A stretch of DNA of 63,808 nt, counting the filler, from Collodictyon triciliatum (taxonomy: Eukaryota): the NCBI GenBank assembly GCA_043381765.1. It is 5 parts of 5 records of this genome, joined end to end, with 100 filler letters (N's around TTAATTAATTAA, not from the genome) between each part and the next. Parts side by side here need not be neighbours in the genome. Positions count along the whole stretch, not along the records: positions 1 to 13,210 come from JBHJMP010002024.1; positions 13,311 to 26,509 come from JBHJMP010002025.1; 3 more parts are not named here. One strand, written 5' to 3'. Shown here piece after piece: positions 1 to 13,554 of this stretch. A model generated the notes under the pieces. It was not told the DNA's origin, ran no database searches, and saw nothing but the letters and a program-made list of their open reading frames with translations. Both the position numbers and the translations under genes were made by a program. Each line of letters opens with the position of its first letter. Position 1 is the first letter of the stretch.

Positions 1-175
1 TTAATGGATTTTTATTGGATTTTTAATGGATTTTTAATGGATTTTAATGGATTTTAATGGATTTTAATGGATTTTAATGGATTTTAATGGATTTTAATGG
101 ATTTTAATGGATTTTAATGGATTTTAATGGATTTTAATGGATTTTAATGGATTTTAATGGATTTTAATGGATTTC
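1..175. repeat. (GGATTTTAAT)n minisatellite in a CEP164 intron
   Basis: Near-perfect 10-bp tandem units visible directly. Confidence 0.95.
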
Positions 176-246
176 TATGTATCTTAAATGCATCTTTCAT
201 TTTTATTGGAATATTAATACCGAGTGTATATATACTTTTTTTGTAG

Positions 247-3200
247 TAAGACAAAGGATGGTGATATATACTACTTTAACTTCACCACTGGAGAGAGTGT
301 GTGGGACCATCCATGCGATGAATACTACAAAAATCTTTTTAAGGAGGAAAAGAAGAAGAAGGATGAACAGAAAATGAAAAAATCCGGATTCGGCTCAAAG
401 ACTAGAACGGTTTGTATGTGGAAATATACAGACAGTGCCTTCAAACAGACATATCAATTATTCTGAACAAAAAAAAAATTACATCGAGGTTTTTTCATTC
501 AAGAACATACATATTTCTCTTTTGCTCTAAGTGGCACATGAACTCAATCGTGGTAATAGAATGTTTGAGAGTCAATATTGTATCCACTCATTTACCCATA
601 CAAATTCCCTCGCCGTTTCTCATAGGAGGAGCAAACGAAACCCGCCAAAAAAATGGGATCCACAGACTTTGACAAGGCAAAAGAAGTAAAGCCTCTGGTC
701 TCCATAAGAAGGTTAGACAAGAGCAACAAAACACCTCACTTCATAAATCAGTACATAAGGATCAGATATCCCTACGAATTCAAAATAAAAACATCAATAA
801 TCGCGAAATCAAAAAAAAATAACAAAATAAAAAAGTAGATGGTAACTTTCGAATTTGTTATTTTTTTAAAAAAAAAATGAATATACCCTCTCCAATGAAA
901 CTTTGCCCAGAAAAAAAAAACTTTAAGCAACTCCTTCGAAACCATCACAAACAGAAAAAAAGCACTATTCCTAAACATACCACCAATATAAACATAAAGC
1001 GGCGGTCCATTGAGCAATCCACTCGACAAACTCTCGTTGGGAAAACCGGCTCCGCTCGGAGGAACAAGCCTCTCTGGGAAACCACCTCTGCCTTCGCCCA
1101 CAAGCTCAAGTCACCTGATTATCGGAACAAGCGCGACTCCGTTGAAGTCCATCACCAACGACACACCCCGCGGCACCGAAAAATCACCTGCATCTCGCCT
1201 GACGAGCCCAGAGTCCGGCCGCCCAACCACATCAGCCATTGCCACACCGGTTATCGGGCAAAGCGGAAGCACACTGACCTTTTCATCCAGTACTACGCCA
1301 CGAGGAAATGATCAAAAGCTTACCGCAGCTGATGAAGCGCGAATCAAAAGCGAGCATCGGCAGCTACTGGAGCAAGCAGCCAGGGACGAGTTTGCGCGAG
1401 AAATGCCTCGAAAGAAACAAGAATGGGAGAGCGCTGAGAAGGCAAGTTTCGACCTGGCCCTGAACGAAAAGAAGAGGTTGTGGGAACGACAACTCAGTGA
1501 GCGACAGCGCGAATTTGAGGATAAAGAGAGCGAATACCGCCGCAGGGTACAAGACATCGAATCCAAGGAGCAGAGTTTGCGGGACCGGCAGAGAAGCAAC
1601 GATTACCAGCATAATGAGATTGTGAGACAAGAGGACGATTTGAGAAAGAAGCAAGAACATCTGCGGGAGAGCCAGGAGCGTCTTAGACAATTGCAACTTG
1701 GGCAGGAGCAAAGTGAGGCTGACTTGCTGTCTTCCACACGCATCAAACATTCCAGTGCCCTTGATGACCTTCGCCGGCGGAACGAGGATGAAATCAGCCG
1801 TGTCGAGCAGGATCACAAAGCACGAGTTGAATCGCTTCACAGGGTCAATAAGGAGGAGATGGAAAGTCTTCAACGGATTCTCGAAAACACTCGTCGCGAT
1901 GTGTCTGAAAACACGACCCGTTTGCAGCGCGAGAAAGAGGAGTTGGCTCGACAAAGGCAACAAATCGAGCAAGAAAAGTCCAGACTTGAAAATCAGCTTT
2001 CCGCCGCGCAAATGCAGAGTCAATATGAATCAGACCTTTCTGGTAGAAGTGCCGAGCTTAGAACAAAGATTGAAGAAGTTTCCAGGCGAATACGCGAGGA
2101 GCAACTTAAACTTGACGAAGAACTATCGAGGATGCAGACAGAGCATTATGAAAAGAAAGCTCAGCTAGATAGTAAGCAGCGTGATATACAGGTTGAGATG
2201 CAATTAGTGAAAAGCAGACACGATGATCAAAAGCGCATGACAGAGCAATCGACCCAGGAGTTGAGGAGAATGCAAGAGAGGAACAAGTCTGAAATGGACC
2301 AGGTTGCTCAGGAGCTAATGAATCAACGAGAGCAGATGAACAGTCGCTTCAAGCTTGAACTTGAGGACATCAAGCGGAATCACGATGCAGAGAAAGAAAA
2401 ACTTGCAAAGAATTTGAAAGCATCTCTTTCTGCGGACGAAGAATTGGTGTTGCAAGGCATAAAGAGAGATGAAGAGGAGAAACTTACAAAGAAGCGCGAA
2501 GAAATCACTCGAGAGTACCAGAGAAAGTATGCTGACTTGGTTTCAAAAGCGGAAATTGAAGCTATTCAAGATTTTGATGAAAAGAAAAGACAATATCGGT
2601 TGAAATTGGAAAGGGAACTGAAAGACTATGAACAGGTAACCTCTTCAATTTACCCATCTTGCATTTATTCATCTTAAAACTATCATGGAGTCAGGCTAGA
2701 GTATTCTAGTACAACTACATATTCATATTTTTGGCTTTTCATTTTCAGGTTTGAAACCTTTCAAGGTTGCTTCTTTTTTTTCTTCTTCTTTTTCATTCAG
2801 TTTTTACTTGGTGTTATGTAAATTTTCGGCACATTCTAAAACTTCAAGAATAAATGCATTCAGACCCAACAAATCTTGCTCGAAAGGGATAAAGCATCCA
2901 TAGCCGGTTCATTAGCAGCTAAGCAGCAAATAAGAAATGCAGCACAGGTCGGACATGTGCAAATTTTGGAGGGTATGAATGTTTCATGGGCTACTGATCA
3001 TTGCAAACAAAATATTTACTGTGAAATACGTCATAAAAAGAAGTACACTTAAAAGCATTACGCTTATATCTAAGTAACTATTTACAAATTCATAGATTTT
3101 GAAGATAAAAAGAAAGAGATTCAAGAGAAAATCAAACGTAGTGATTTTGTGAAAATTCCATTTTCTAATTATATTTTATTCTTGTTTTTATATTCTTGTT

Positions 3201-5916
3201 TTTATATTCTTGTTTTTATATTCTTGTTTTTTATTCTTGTTTTTATTCTTGTTTTTTATTCTTTTTATCATTATTTTATCATTATTTTATCATTATTTTA
3301 TCATTATTTTATCATTATTTTATCATTATTTTATCATTATTTTATCATTATTTTATCATTATTTTATCATTATTTTAATTCTAATTCCGAAAATTTGACA
3401 ACGATTGCGATACTACTGGTGTACTCTTTTTTTAAAAAATATGCTCGTTCAGTTCAAATCACAGAATACGAGCGCGAGCAGCAGGCTAGATTCGAGGAAA
3501 CCAAGAAGCAAGCGATGACAAAATATGATGGAATGCAGCAGCAACTCAAAGAGCTCGAGAAGAGATTAAAACTTCGAGAAGAGGAACTTTGTGTTTGTTC
3601 TTCTTTCAAACAAATCGATCACTTTTAAAATTTATTCGATAAAAACATTCATTTCTCTATTATTTTCATTACATTTTCCCTCCTAGTGTAGATGTGTTAT
3701 CTCATCAATACCTTTAACTACCTTTTTACAGGAAAAGGAAAACGAACTTCAATTAAAATTTAAACATATCACATCCCGGGAGATTGACTTTGAATCAAGA
3801 GAAAAACGCGTGTCTCAACAAGAAAAAGAACTTGAGCAGCGAAATTCAAATATTCAAGCAATCACACACCAATGTGACGAAAAAGATAGAATGTTCAAGC
3901 AGAGGCCTACCGAACATATCGCTCAAAGTCAAAGTCAAGAGCTTCAGCTCCTTCGAAAAAGAATTGAAGTAATTTTCTGAATCTCAGAGTAATCATATAT
4001 TCTCATTTCTCCATTATTTCTTCCTTCTTTTTTTCTGGCTAATAGTCGATATCACCTGGTATATTTGCACTCTTGATTTCATTCAATATGTTTTAATATC
4101 GATAGTTTATGTAAAAGAATAAGCCTAGCCAATGTTTTCACTTACAATTCATGAGTAGGAGCTTACATCCGAAAACGGAAGACTGATAAACGAACATAAA
4201 GAAAGAGCTGCACAGTATGAGGAGGAAATTCGAAAGCTTAGGATTCAAATTGCAAATTTGGAGATGTCTTTAAGGGAATCAATTGTATCTCAGCATCAGA
4301 GAGAGCCCGAATCATCCCGCATCATCGAGCTGAGTCGTATAATCCAAGAGAAGGATAATGAAATACAACGACTTCAACAAGCCATCGTCAACATAAGACA
4401 GAGAGACCACGTTTCTAGTCCTACCTTCAATATCCACCCAGAAGCGCAGGTAGAACATAATGGAACTATTTTTATTAAATGCGGGATATTGTTGTATCAT
4501 ATGGATGAAAAGAAAATATTCAATCCATTTTTAATTTGTTTGGTTGATTTTCTTGGTTAGTTTTTTCGGGTGGGTGTTTTTTTTCTTCGATTTTCGGTTT
4601 ATTTGAGATTTATATAGGTATTTGAATCTGCAAACACGGTTGAATCAAAACCCAGCATCGTAAGAAAAGATCAATTACAATTATCTCCAAAAGATGCTGT
4701 AAATTCAAAGGATGATGTGAGTTCCCCGGATTCTGAAGCCACCGTTAATCCTACGGTAGGATTATTAATTTGACCCTTATTTTTTTTAAATATTAACCAA
4801 AATATCTTTTGTATATAAAAAAATTTCGTAAAATCAGCAACCATTACGACGAGTTCATTCTTCCATATATTTATGTTTGAAGGATTAAATGATAATTATA
4901 AATATTGAGGTCCAGAGAAATATGATTTATGAAAAAGCAAAACAAAAAGTTGAACAGAGGATGCAGAATGGAAATCAACATCCTCCACGGGACACTTTTG
5001 TTCGAATGTTTGTCAATAGAAAAAAATTCATATCGTTTATTATTTCACTCTACCACACAGTCGTTTGCATTATCCTTATTTTGTTTTCTTTTTCTTTTTC
5101 TTTTTCTTTTTCTTTTTCTTTTTCTTTTTCTTTTTCTTTTTCTTTTTCTTTTTCTTTTTCTTTTTCTTTTTCTTTTTCTTTTTTGCGTCTATAATAGACA
5201 AGAGAAGAGCGCTGAGGTATTTCGATCGATGGCAGAGGAGCAACGGCAAATAAGGAAATATGCTGGTGAGTTAAAAGAACAGCGACTGAAAATTCGGCAA
5301 CAGCAAGAGGATTTGGAGGGAGCTAGAATGGCATGGAAGGCGGATGTGAAAGCTATAAATCATGTATTTTTTTATTTAAATTTCCATTTTATCCAGCTTC
5401 GAAAACCATCACAAACATTTTCTGAATGTTGCTTAAATTTGAAAAATTCCATCACAACACAAATAATCAATTGAATTGCTTGCTATTATATCCCGTCTTT
5501 CAAATAGCTCGAAAATATTAGATGCGTTGGTGTGGTTATCTATGATTACGTCTAATGTTGTTTTATTATTGATAACAGGACAAGGACGCCCCAGATTACC
5601 AAGAGAGATATGAATTTCTACAGGAAGTGAAAGGTGTTCTTGAACAACAAGCCAGGTAGCTTTGATGCTTTGTATTATTGGTCGTTATTTTATTTTGTTA
5701 ACATAAAGTACCCGACATACTTTGACTTATATTTTATGGCATAAAAGTAACAAATATCTTGATTATTATCATTAATTTGAAGTACTTATTCATCTCATTC
5801 CTAGAGATTTCAATGAAGAAGTCGCGCGCTTGAATCAAGCACAGAAATTTTTACAGTTGAAGGAGAAAAAGCTCAGGCTTATTGAAACAACATTTGACCA
5901 AAGGACTGATGGAGAC
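247..5916 (+). CDS. CEP164: CEP164-like centriolar distal-appendage protein (multi-exon; 5' end outside window, 3' end runs into N gap)
   Basis: Exon at 247 encodes [26 protein letters not shown], matching the CEP164 WW region. It is followed by a P/S/T-rich linker and long coiled-coil exons (about 1000-2635, 2864-, 3732-, 4159-, 5198-, 5579-, 5805-5916) with GT-AG ends. Confidence 0.85.
3265..3376. repeat. (TTTTATCATTA)n intronic minisatellite
   Basis: 11-bp tandem repeat visible directly. Confidence 0.9.
5084..5184. repeat. (TTTTTC)n intronic microsatellite
   Basis: Visible directly. Confidence 0.95.
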
Positions 5917-5920
5917 GTAA

Positions 5921-6276
5921 NNNNNNNNNNNNNNNNNNNNNNNNNNNNNNNNNNNNNNNNNNNNNNNNNNNNNNNNNNNNNNNNNNNNNNNNNNNNNNNN
6001 NNNNNNNNNNNNNNNNNNNNNNNNNNNNNNNNNNNNNNNNNNNNNNNNNNNNNNNNNNNNNNNNNNNNNNNNNNNNNNNNNNNNNNNNNNNNNNNNNNNN
6101 NNNNNNNNNNNNNNNNNNNNNNNNNNNNNNNNNNNNNNNNNNNNNNNNNNNNNNNNNNNNNNNNNNNNNNNNNNNNNNNNNNNNNNNNNNNNNNNNNNNN
6201 NNNNNNNNNNNNNNNNNNNNNNNNNNNNNNNNNNNNNNNNNNNNNNNNNNNNNNNNNNNNNNNNNNNNNNNNNNNN
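5921..6276. other. Scaffold gap (356 N, no linker)
   Basis: Run of N without the TTAATTAATTAA linker, so an intra-scaffold gap. Confidence 0.95.
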
Positions 6277-6311
6277 TTCTTTTTTCTTCTTTCTTTTCTT
6301 CTACTTTTTCG

Positions 6312-6345
<34 letters not shown>

Positions 6346-6497
6346 TAATTCTTTACATAACTTTCCTTGACATTTCATCATCGTTATTTTTTTCAAATCG
6401 TCTTCGACATTTTTACATATTTTTAACGCGTGTTAATAAAATGGCGAATGACTCATCCAAATGTGGTATATAACAGTTGCTTTCCCCTTCTCGAGCG

Positions 6498-8164
6498 ATG
6501 GAATGGATACTCGTTGATTCACTCTATCCTGAAGTTACTGTCACTATACCACCTTCGAGATGGGCTTCATTTGTGCAAGTCAGAAAGCCTTTCAAAAAAT
6601 GATGCATTTGCGTTTTCCGCTGCTATTTTATTTCAAGGATCGATGATGTTTATCTTCTCTTACTTCCGAAAGCTTGAGGTATTGTGCTGCCTCTGAAATA
6701 CTCTCTAATTCAATTATTAGGAATTCTTCATGTGGATTAAAGGTGTCAAGGTCATGTCGGAAGCCAGAAAGGCTCTAAGAACGTCGGATAAAGTTATATA
6801 TAAGGTCAACAATTATGAATCATTGTTCAAGTTTTATGTTTTAAGATAAAGGCATGAAATTTAGTTACTTTGGAATATGGTGACCAATTTCTTTGTATCT
6901 ATTGAAATATTCATCTAGTCATTTATCTGAGATATTATTGTGATTCATTAGCCTGCTCCGTTGGGTGGAAATTGGGGATTTTACTGGCATGGTTTCTTTC
7001 CCTCTAATCCAAATACAACGCCAAAATGCGCTCTGATTTTCTATCCTGGCGAAATTATCCCTCCGGAAGCTTATGCACCTTTAGGTTTTAATTTGCATAT
7101 ATATTACGATGATATTGAAGCATCCGAGATGAGCATGTGATAACTAATCCCACATATATACCTTTTGATGTCCAATTCATGCCTGCCTAGAATGAAATGA
7201 AGGAACACAATTATCACTTACTTTTAATAGCTTGTGGAGTTGCTGCAAACGGCTTCCCCGTCTTCATATTATCTGTTCCCTTCAAGACTTCGACATTTGG
7301 TATTGAACGAGCCTCTACGATTCAGATGATATTCCCAGGTACTTTCATATCAGAGTATTCCACTTTTTTTCTCTAGACTTATCTGATTGAATAACTAGAA
7401 ATTAAGAAATGGGTGGTTGGTGGGCATGCTATCGGTGGGTTAGCTGCATGTATGTTCGCTCAGAGACATCCATCAGCCTGCTCGGGTGTGCTGTTATATT
7501 CTGCTTTTCCAAATGAAGAGGTTGACTTGTCAAACCTAGACCATTTACACGTAATTTCCCTTTCTTTTTTCTTTATTTTTTCTTTTATTTTTATTTTTAT
7601 TTTTATTTTTATTTTTATTTTTATTTTTATTTTTATTTTTATTTTTATTTTTATTTTTATTTTTATTTTTATTTTCTACTGTCTTCCGTTTTATTTTATT
7701 TACAAATTTATTTCTTGCCAAATAAATGGTATTCATATAGACTAAGAAGCATTATTTTTATTATCAAATTTTAAAATGAACAGGTAACTGCTTGTTATGG
7801 CACAAACGAGATACACGTTCCAAGAAAACTGGAGAGTCATGCGATTAGAGCCAGATTTCCCTCTGTAAGGCGTTCAATTCATGGTTCAGTTAGATATATT
7901 AATTATCTAATTATTCGCTGTATGCTAGCTGTAAGGCCCAAAGAAAAAAAAAGGAGCCGTTCATGATGCTATATCATTTAATTTTAGTATACACGCATAA
8001 TTCCAATCGCCGGTGGAAACAAGGAGCAGTTTGGGTATTACACAGGGCAGCACTTGGACGGGATAGCCACCATCAGCAGGGCTGTGCAAAAGGAACAAGC
8101 TGTCGGGGCTGCCGTTGACTTATTGGAAACTGTACAATCGTATGAAAACCCTCAGCAAGCATAG
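6498..8164 (+). CDS. Alpha/beta hydrolase fold protein (Abhydrolase_5-like), predicted catalytically inactive; start uncertain
   Basis: Spliced exons give ALIFYPGEIIPPEAYAPL, WVVGGHAIGG, CYGTNE and IAGGNKEQFGYYTGQHLDGIATISR, with TAG at 8162-8164. These follow the family pattern IFYPG...GGHSLGG...GGNHAQFG..Y..Q.GD..A.IS. Confidence 0.75.
7585..7675. repeat. (TTTTTA)n intronic microsatellite
   Basis: Visible directly. Confidence 0.95.
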
Positions 8165-9031
8165 ACAATATTCTTTCACACAATCTAAGACTCCTATGAT
8201 GCATTGTATATGTTTTTTTTTTTTAAAAAAAAAAAATAAAAGACATATTTCGAAGGAAATATCTAAATTACTTTTGCATAGGTCATCCGATTTTTGAACA
8301 TCCTTTCCCATTTACTATTAGCTCTATTTGGCACTTTCTCTACTTAACTTTTTTTAAATACATAAAATGAATGGTAACATTAAGCCTTCGCGTGTAATCT
8401 TGTCACCGTGTGTGTTTACCTCTTCCTTCATCTTCGTTGCCCATTTTTTTCGGTATTCCAAAAAGGAACCATCCCACCCCCATTTATACTTATGCCTTAT
8501 CTTTTAAATAAAATATCATAAATTGCCCACTGCACCCTTTGTTTGTTCTTTTCAACTTTAATTAACCCCAGTGAAGAAAATTATAACTGAATAGACATAA
8601 TGTGTAATAAAAAAAAACTTAGTGCGCACTTATGATTTTCACACTTCTCATGTTCATTTACTACCTCGCCTACGTAACTTAATTCAAAACAACTTAACTA
8701 AGTGCTCCTCTCATCCGCTGTGACTCTGTTACAAAAATATGAGCACATACTTAAATGCGTGAGTTACTACCGAAGAATTTCCAGCTGCAGAAGACACAGC
8801 AATTTTTTTACTTTATTTTCACAACAGATAAGTTAATTTTCCGTGTGCAGGGATAAACTCACATCAACAAGATTACTGCTGTTTTTTCACCAAAGACATG
8901 TATGAATGTTTTTATCAGTATTGGTATTATCTTCGTTTTCTGCATTATATTGTTATCATATTGGTATTATCTTCGTTTTCTGTCTCTTTCAGAATACATA
9001 TGTTTATCTCAGATAAGTTATACATTTTATT

Positions 9032-10033
9032 TCATTCCACTGGATGAGTCTTTTGAGGGGACAACGGGTCACTTTCCTTGCGCTTCTTGCTGGGCGACTC
9101 AGACAAAAAGCGATAAATCGTTGTTTGTCTGGTATTATCGGAAGTGGCGCTTGACCGTCCCCTGGCATCGGAACCATGCGTAGCCGGCAGTGGACTTTGC
9201 TTAACCGGAGTATGGATACGCGTTTGAGGTTTTAGAAACATACGCTCCTGCTTGCTCGAACTATCTAATGTGTGCGGAGTTCCAAGCTAGGATTCGACTT
9301 GTGCTGTTTGCTCTTACTCCTTGGTTCTCGGTGCGACGGGCTGGGGCAGGGTAAACGGACTATCTTTTGTGGGCGCTGGTTCTTGTGTTGCCTTCGCTTT
9401 GGAGTATCCTTTTGGATAAGTAAGGAAGATTACTTGAGGCCTCCTATGTTAACCATATTCACGTCTGTCTGAATGGGTAGTTTAAAGGGGTTATTTCTTT
9501 CGGGTTTTGGAGATGCGCTGCTCTTGGGTCTTGCGATGTACGGGCTTGTCCAGTATTGGTGGTGGAGGGCTCGAGTGCGAGGATTCTGAAGAGGAACCAA
9601 GATTTCCTTCCATGTCATCGTCGCTGTCGCTGTATGCGCATATCAGCTGTGAGTCTTGCGGACTCTGTTGTTGCCTGGCCTTGGCTTCCTTGACCCGTTG
9701 CTGCTTGTCTGCTTGGCGTATTCTTTTGTGGAGTTTTTTTACTTTTCGTTCGTTATTCGGGGCTGGTGGACGCTCTTTGGGGATGCGCTTTGGATACTTT
9801 TTGCCCATGATCGTAAACTTTGCAGGGAGCTGGTTCTTGTGACAAAGAAGCTTCACCACGGCCGTGTCTGTGAAGAAGCCTTTGTCCTTTTTGATCTCCA
9901 CGTGGGTCGGTCTGAACAGCTTCAGCTCCTCACGAAGGAATTGCGGCCACACGTCCAGCGGTAGTTGGTAGAGCACCGCAAAGGGCTCTGTAAGTCTACT
10001 GTAGCTGAATATGGCCAGAACGAATATGTTCAA
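9032..10033 (-). mobile_element. Degenerate intronless ORF resembling the ORF1 (RRM) of an L1/Tx1-type non-LTR retrotransposon
   Basis: GC-richer 1-kb island without introns, broken into three frames. VLYQLPLDVWPQFLREELKLF...GFFTDTAVVKL...LPAKFTIMG resembles the ORF1p/ZCCHC3 RRM pattern. No zinc knuckle or ORF2 is visible. Confidence 0.35.
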
Positions 10034-10617
10034 TGACTCTTTTTCATCTTATAATAGCTGCATACAGACGTACTTCATTGAAAAGAAGGTAGAATATCAC
10101 CATGCGTTGTTTGTTAGGACAATCTAAATTCTATGTTTGTAATCTGCTACAATCATAATTTAACATTTTGTAATAATGGATAACTCTTTTCAGTTTTAAA
10201 TAGATTTTCCTCCTTGTTAGATGATTATCTTTTTTTCTCGATTCATCATTTACTAATTCAAAATTAATTCTTTATATCTAAAATGTAAATCCAGAAACGA
10301 TGGAGTTACAAATTCCACAAAAATGGTTCAATTTTTGGTATACTTAATGAATTCATTTAAATAAAGACTGAAATAAGAAAGTAAAAGAAATTTGTAACTG
10401 TGAACGTAAAGGCTATTAGCATTAGTACATAGCATGAAAAAAAAATAAAGCTCGGTCAAGATATTTAAAAAAACGATTCCAGAGTTTGCGGGTTAATAAT
10501 GTGACCCAAACAACTGTTATTTATTTATTTTATGGTTTACTCATACTACGGTGTGCACGAGTGCATGTGAAAAGCAAGACAAAGGTTTAAATAATAATAT
10601 TAAAATAAAAAAAGGCA

Positions 10618-13031
10618 CTATATTCTCTTGATCATATTTACATGACCAAAACAATCACGCAGCAATGGCTCTTCTAAAACACAGCGCTCATATTCTTCAA
10701 ATGTAATATTATTATCATTGTCTGAGTCCATCCTTTGAAGAATGTATTCCAGGATAATCTTGACATCTGGTGAGCCCTAGTAATAAAATATTCATTACAG
10801 TATGTAAAAAGAAGGTATCAAAGGATGAAAATTTAATTGTAGTTAAGTCTCAATTATTGTGTCAATTTTGCATATAAACAATGAATAGAAATGAAGACTC
10901 AAACCTGGGCTTCTATGATGTTCAAAGTCAACAACTTTGCTGCCTCTTTCCTTGATATCACGCCATCCCCATTCAAGTCATACTTTGTAAACTGTTCTAA
11001 TGTGGTTTAAAGTGTCGTTTTTTTTTTTTTTTTGATATGAAAGAAAGGGAAATGAGCAACTGCCATGTAAACGAAAAGTCAAATATATAGTTTTTCATTT
11101 TAGTAAAGTATAATTATATAATATATACCCTAATTTCATGTATTGGTACACAAAAAACACTGGTTTGGACATACCCTTAATTGATTTTTTCAATATCTTT
11201 TCCTGCTCCTCTGGTATAATAACTTTTTTGGGGGGTTTTCTCTCCATAACAATCTTTGTTTTCATAACTAAAGAAAATGATTAATAAATTTTTTGTTTTT
11301 TTTTTGTTTTTGTTTTGTTGTGGTATATCAATCCAAAGTCCATTTATCATCATATTTCGAAGTGACGTGTAAGAATAAAACTTGCGGGTGTGAGGAGTTC
11401 TCGGCTTCATTAGGTTTTCGAAGCTGGGGTACCCTAATAGACATGAAGTTTTTATGCACGATAATTCAATTGAGGGTATCACTCATTTGTAAAGTGTTTA
11501 TCTTGAAAAAATGTTTTGGCTTTGTATATCTATTCTGAATATTTGGAGAAAAGGGGAAAACATTATCTTTAAGCCATCCTTACGAGTTTGCATGGAACGG
11601 TGGTCGCTAGGAGTGAAACGGGAGGGCAAAAAACTTTGTGGTTGTCGCATTACTGGTTTTGGGTTCGCTGGAGATTTAATGGTCGAGCTTGATGATATAT
11701 CCGTAATCTTCGCTTCTTCGTAAGTGATATTCTCATGATTCGAAGATGCAGAAGCATTCAAAAATTGTGCTTTTTTTATAAATAAACCATATATTAACGT
11801 TTTATCATTATAATTATGCTATTGTAAAGTTTTAGGAGGATAATCCTCTCTACTTCCACGTATACACACCCTAACCAATCCCTGGGAATAATAAAGATAT
11901 AATCTCACCTGATTTCTTTGGAGGGTTCTTTTTTCCTATCCCTTTAACTGTCTTTAATTCAAAAGATTGATGTTTAGTGCAGCCCGTTTAAAATATGGGC
12001 GAATCTGTATTTGGTAACAACCCCGACAGTATTCGACTTGAGTATGTATCCATACCTGGTTTTGACTTTCTATATCTGGGACATATTTATGTAATCTTGA
12101 TGGGGACAGATAATCAAACATTGAGTGCCCTTCGTCCAACTAAGTGTGGTGGCAAAATAAAAACTAAATGAATACAACAAGTATGAATGATAATGGATTT
12201 TGTGTTGCCTTCTTTGTGACTTGTGTTCGCTTGTAGTTGCTTGTAAACCAGCATTTTCTAGAGATTTTACTACAGCTCTAGACGTCAAGATTTTGTGATG
12301 AAAACGAATAATTGCACACACCTTAGGCCAACCCCTTACGACATCTTCTTCCAAAACTCGAGATTTTCTACGGTATGATGTGTTGGGTGGTCCTGGCGTA
12401 AACGTGTTCTGTGTAAATACAAGTGGTGCAGATGCTGGGCGTGTATATAATGACGCTGCATTGGTCCTATCAGACATGTCTGACAATAAATGAGGTTTTG
12501 GAGCCCAAAGAGGAGCCGGAGTGTTTTGTCGTTTAGAATGGTCTCTTTCTGCACGAGCAGCTGAGGTCCGTCCGTTGGAGCTCATCGGTCGTGTTTTCGG
12601 TCGGGAATCATCCACATTAATCTGAAAGTCAAATGACAAGTCCACAGGTGTCTAGATATTTCGTTGTTGTTTTTTAGTACATCGTATATACTAGGCTAAA
12701 ACTAAAGGTGCTGGTATTTTAGTAAGGTGATATATCTATGTTCAAGATTATCGAAAGGTAAGTATGAAATTTTGCTACAAAGTAGGCTTTCTCCAGTGCG
12801 AATGTGTAAGCGACATAGATGTGTGAAAATTATTACAAGAATAGAATCAAAGTATAAAAAGCTTGTATATTGCAACTATAAACCCATTTAACTACGATGA
12901 TAGAAAATTAAATGGAGAGACACTGAAACCTCTGCTCGAGTGTTCAAAGGTATGACTACCAACTGCTGATCATTTACACGAGTCATCTCGTAGAAATACA
13001 ACTCCCAGTCAGGATTCGCCGCATCGCCCAT
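10618..13031 (-). CDS. Multi-exon protein with a C-terminal EF-hand pair (calaxin/calcineurin-B-like tail) and a long low-complexity N-terminus
   Basis: Last exons encode FTKYDLNGDGVISRKEA and MDSDNDNNITFEEYERCVLEEPLLRDCFG, stop at 10618-10620. Putative first exon MGDAANPDWELYFYEM at 13031. Linkage of the internal exons is inferred. Confidence 0.6.
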
Positions 13032-13145
13032 AATAAATTCGAAGAGGTGGATGTTACTGTGGAGTAGAGAAAATAAAATGGTGTTGAGAAGCTGTCGCTT
13101 TTTTGTTTCTTTGCTTTTTTTTTTTGGTTTTTTTGGTTTTTTTTT

Positions 13146-13210
<65 letters not shown>

Positions 13211-13310
13211 NNNNNNNNNNNNNNNNNNNNNNNNNNNNNNNNNNNNNNNNNNNNTTAATTAATTAANNNNNNNNNNNNNNNNNNNNNNNNNNNNNNNNNN
13301 NNNNNNNNNN
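13211..13310. other. Artificial contig spacer (44N-TTAATTAATTAA-44N)
   Basis: Six-frame stop linker, identical at four places. Confidence 0.97.
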
Positions 13311-13354
<44 letters not shown>

Positions 13355-13554
13355 CTTTTTTCTTTTTTCTTTTTTCTTTTTCTTTTTCTTTTTCTTTTCA
13401 TCTCGCTTATTATATTTTGAAGAATATGTCCTCAATTTCATCATCTCACATTGGCCAAGTTCACCTTCGTCAAATATTTTCTTATACATCCGTCCAATAA
13501 AACGGAAACATTCGGCATTTTTCTTTACTTCGCTCTGAAGGAAAAAAATCCATC

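Noticed and set aside
13255-13266. Palindromic TTAATTAATTAA recurring every about 13.3 kb
   Set aside because: Always centred in 44+44 N, so a pipeline linker and not biology.
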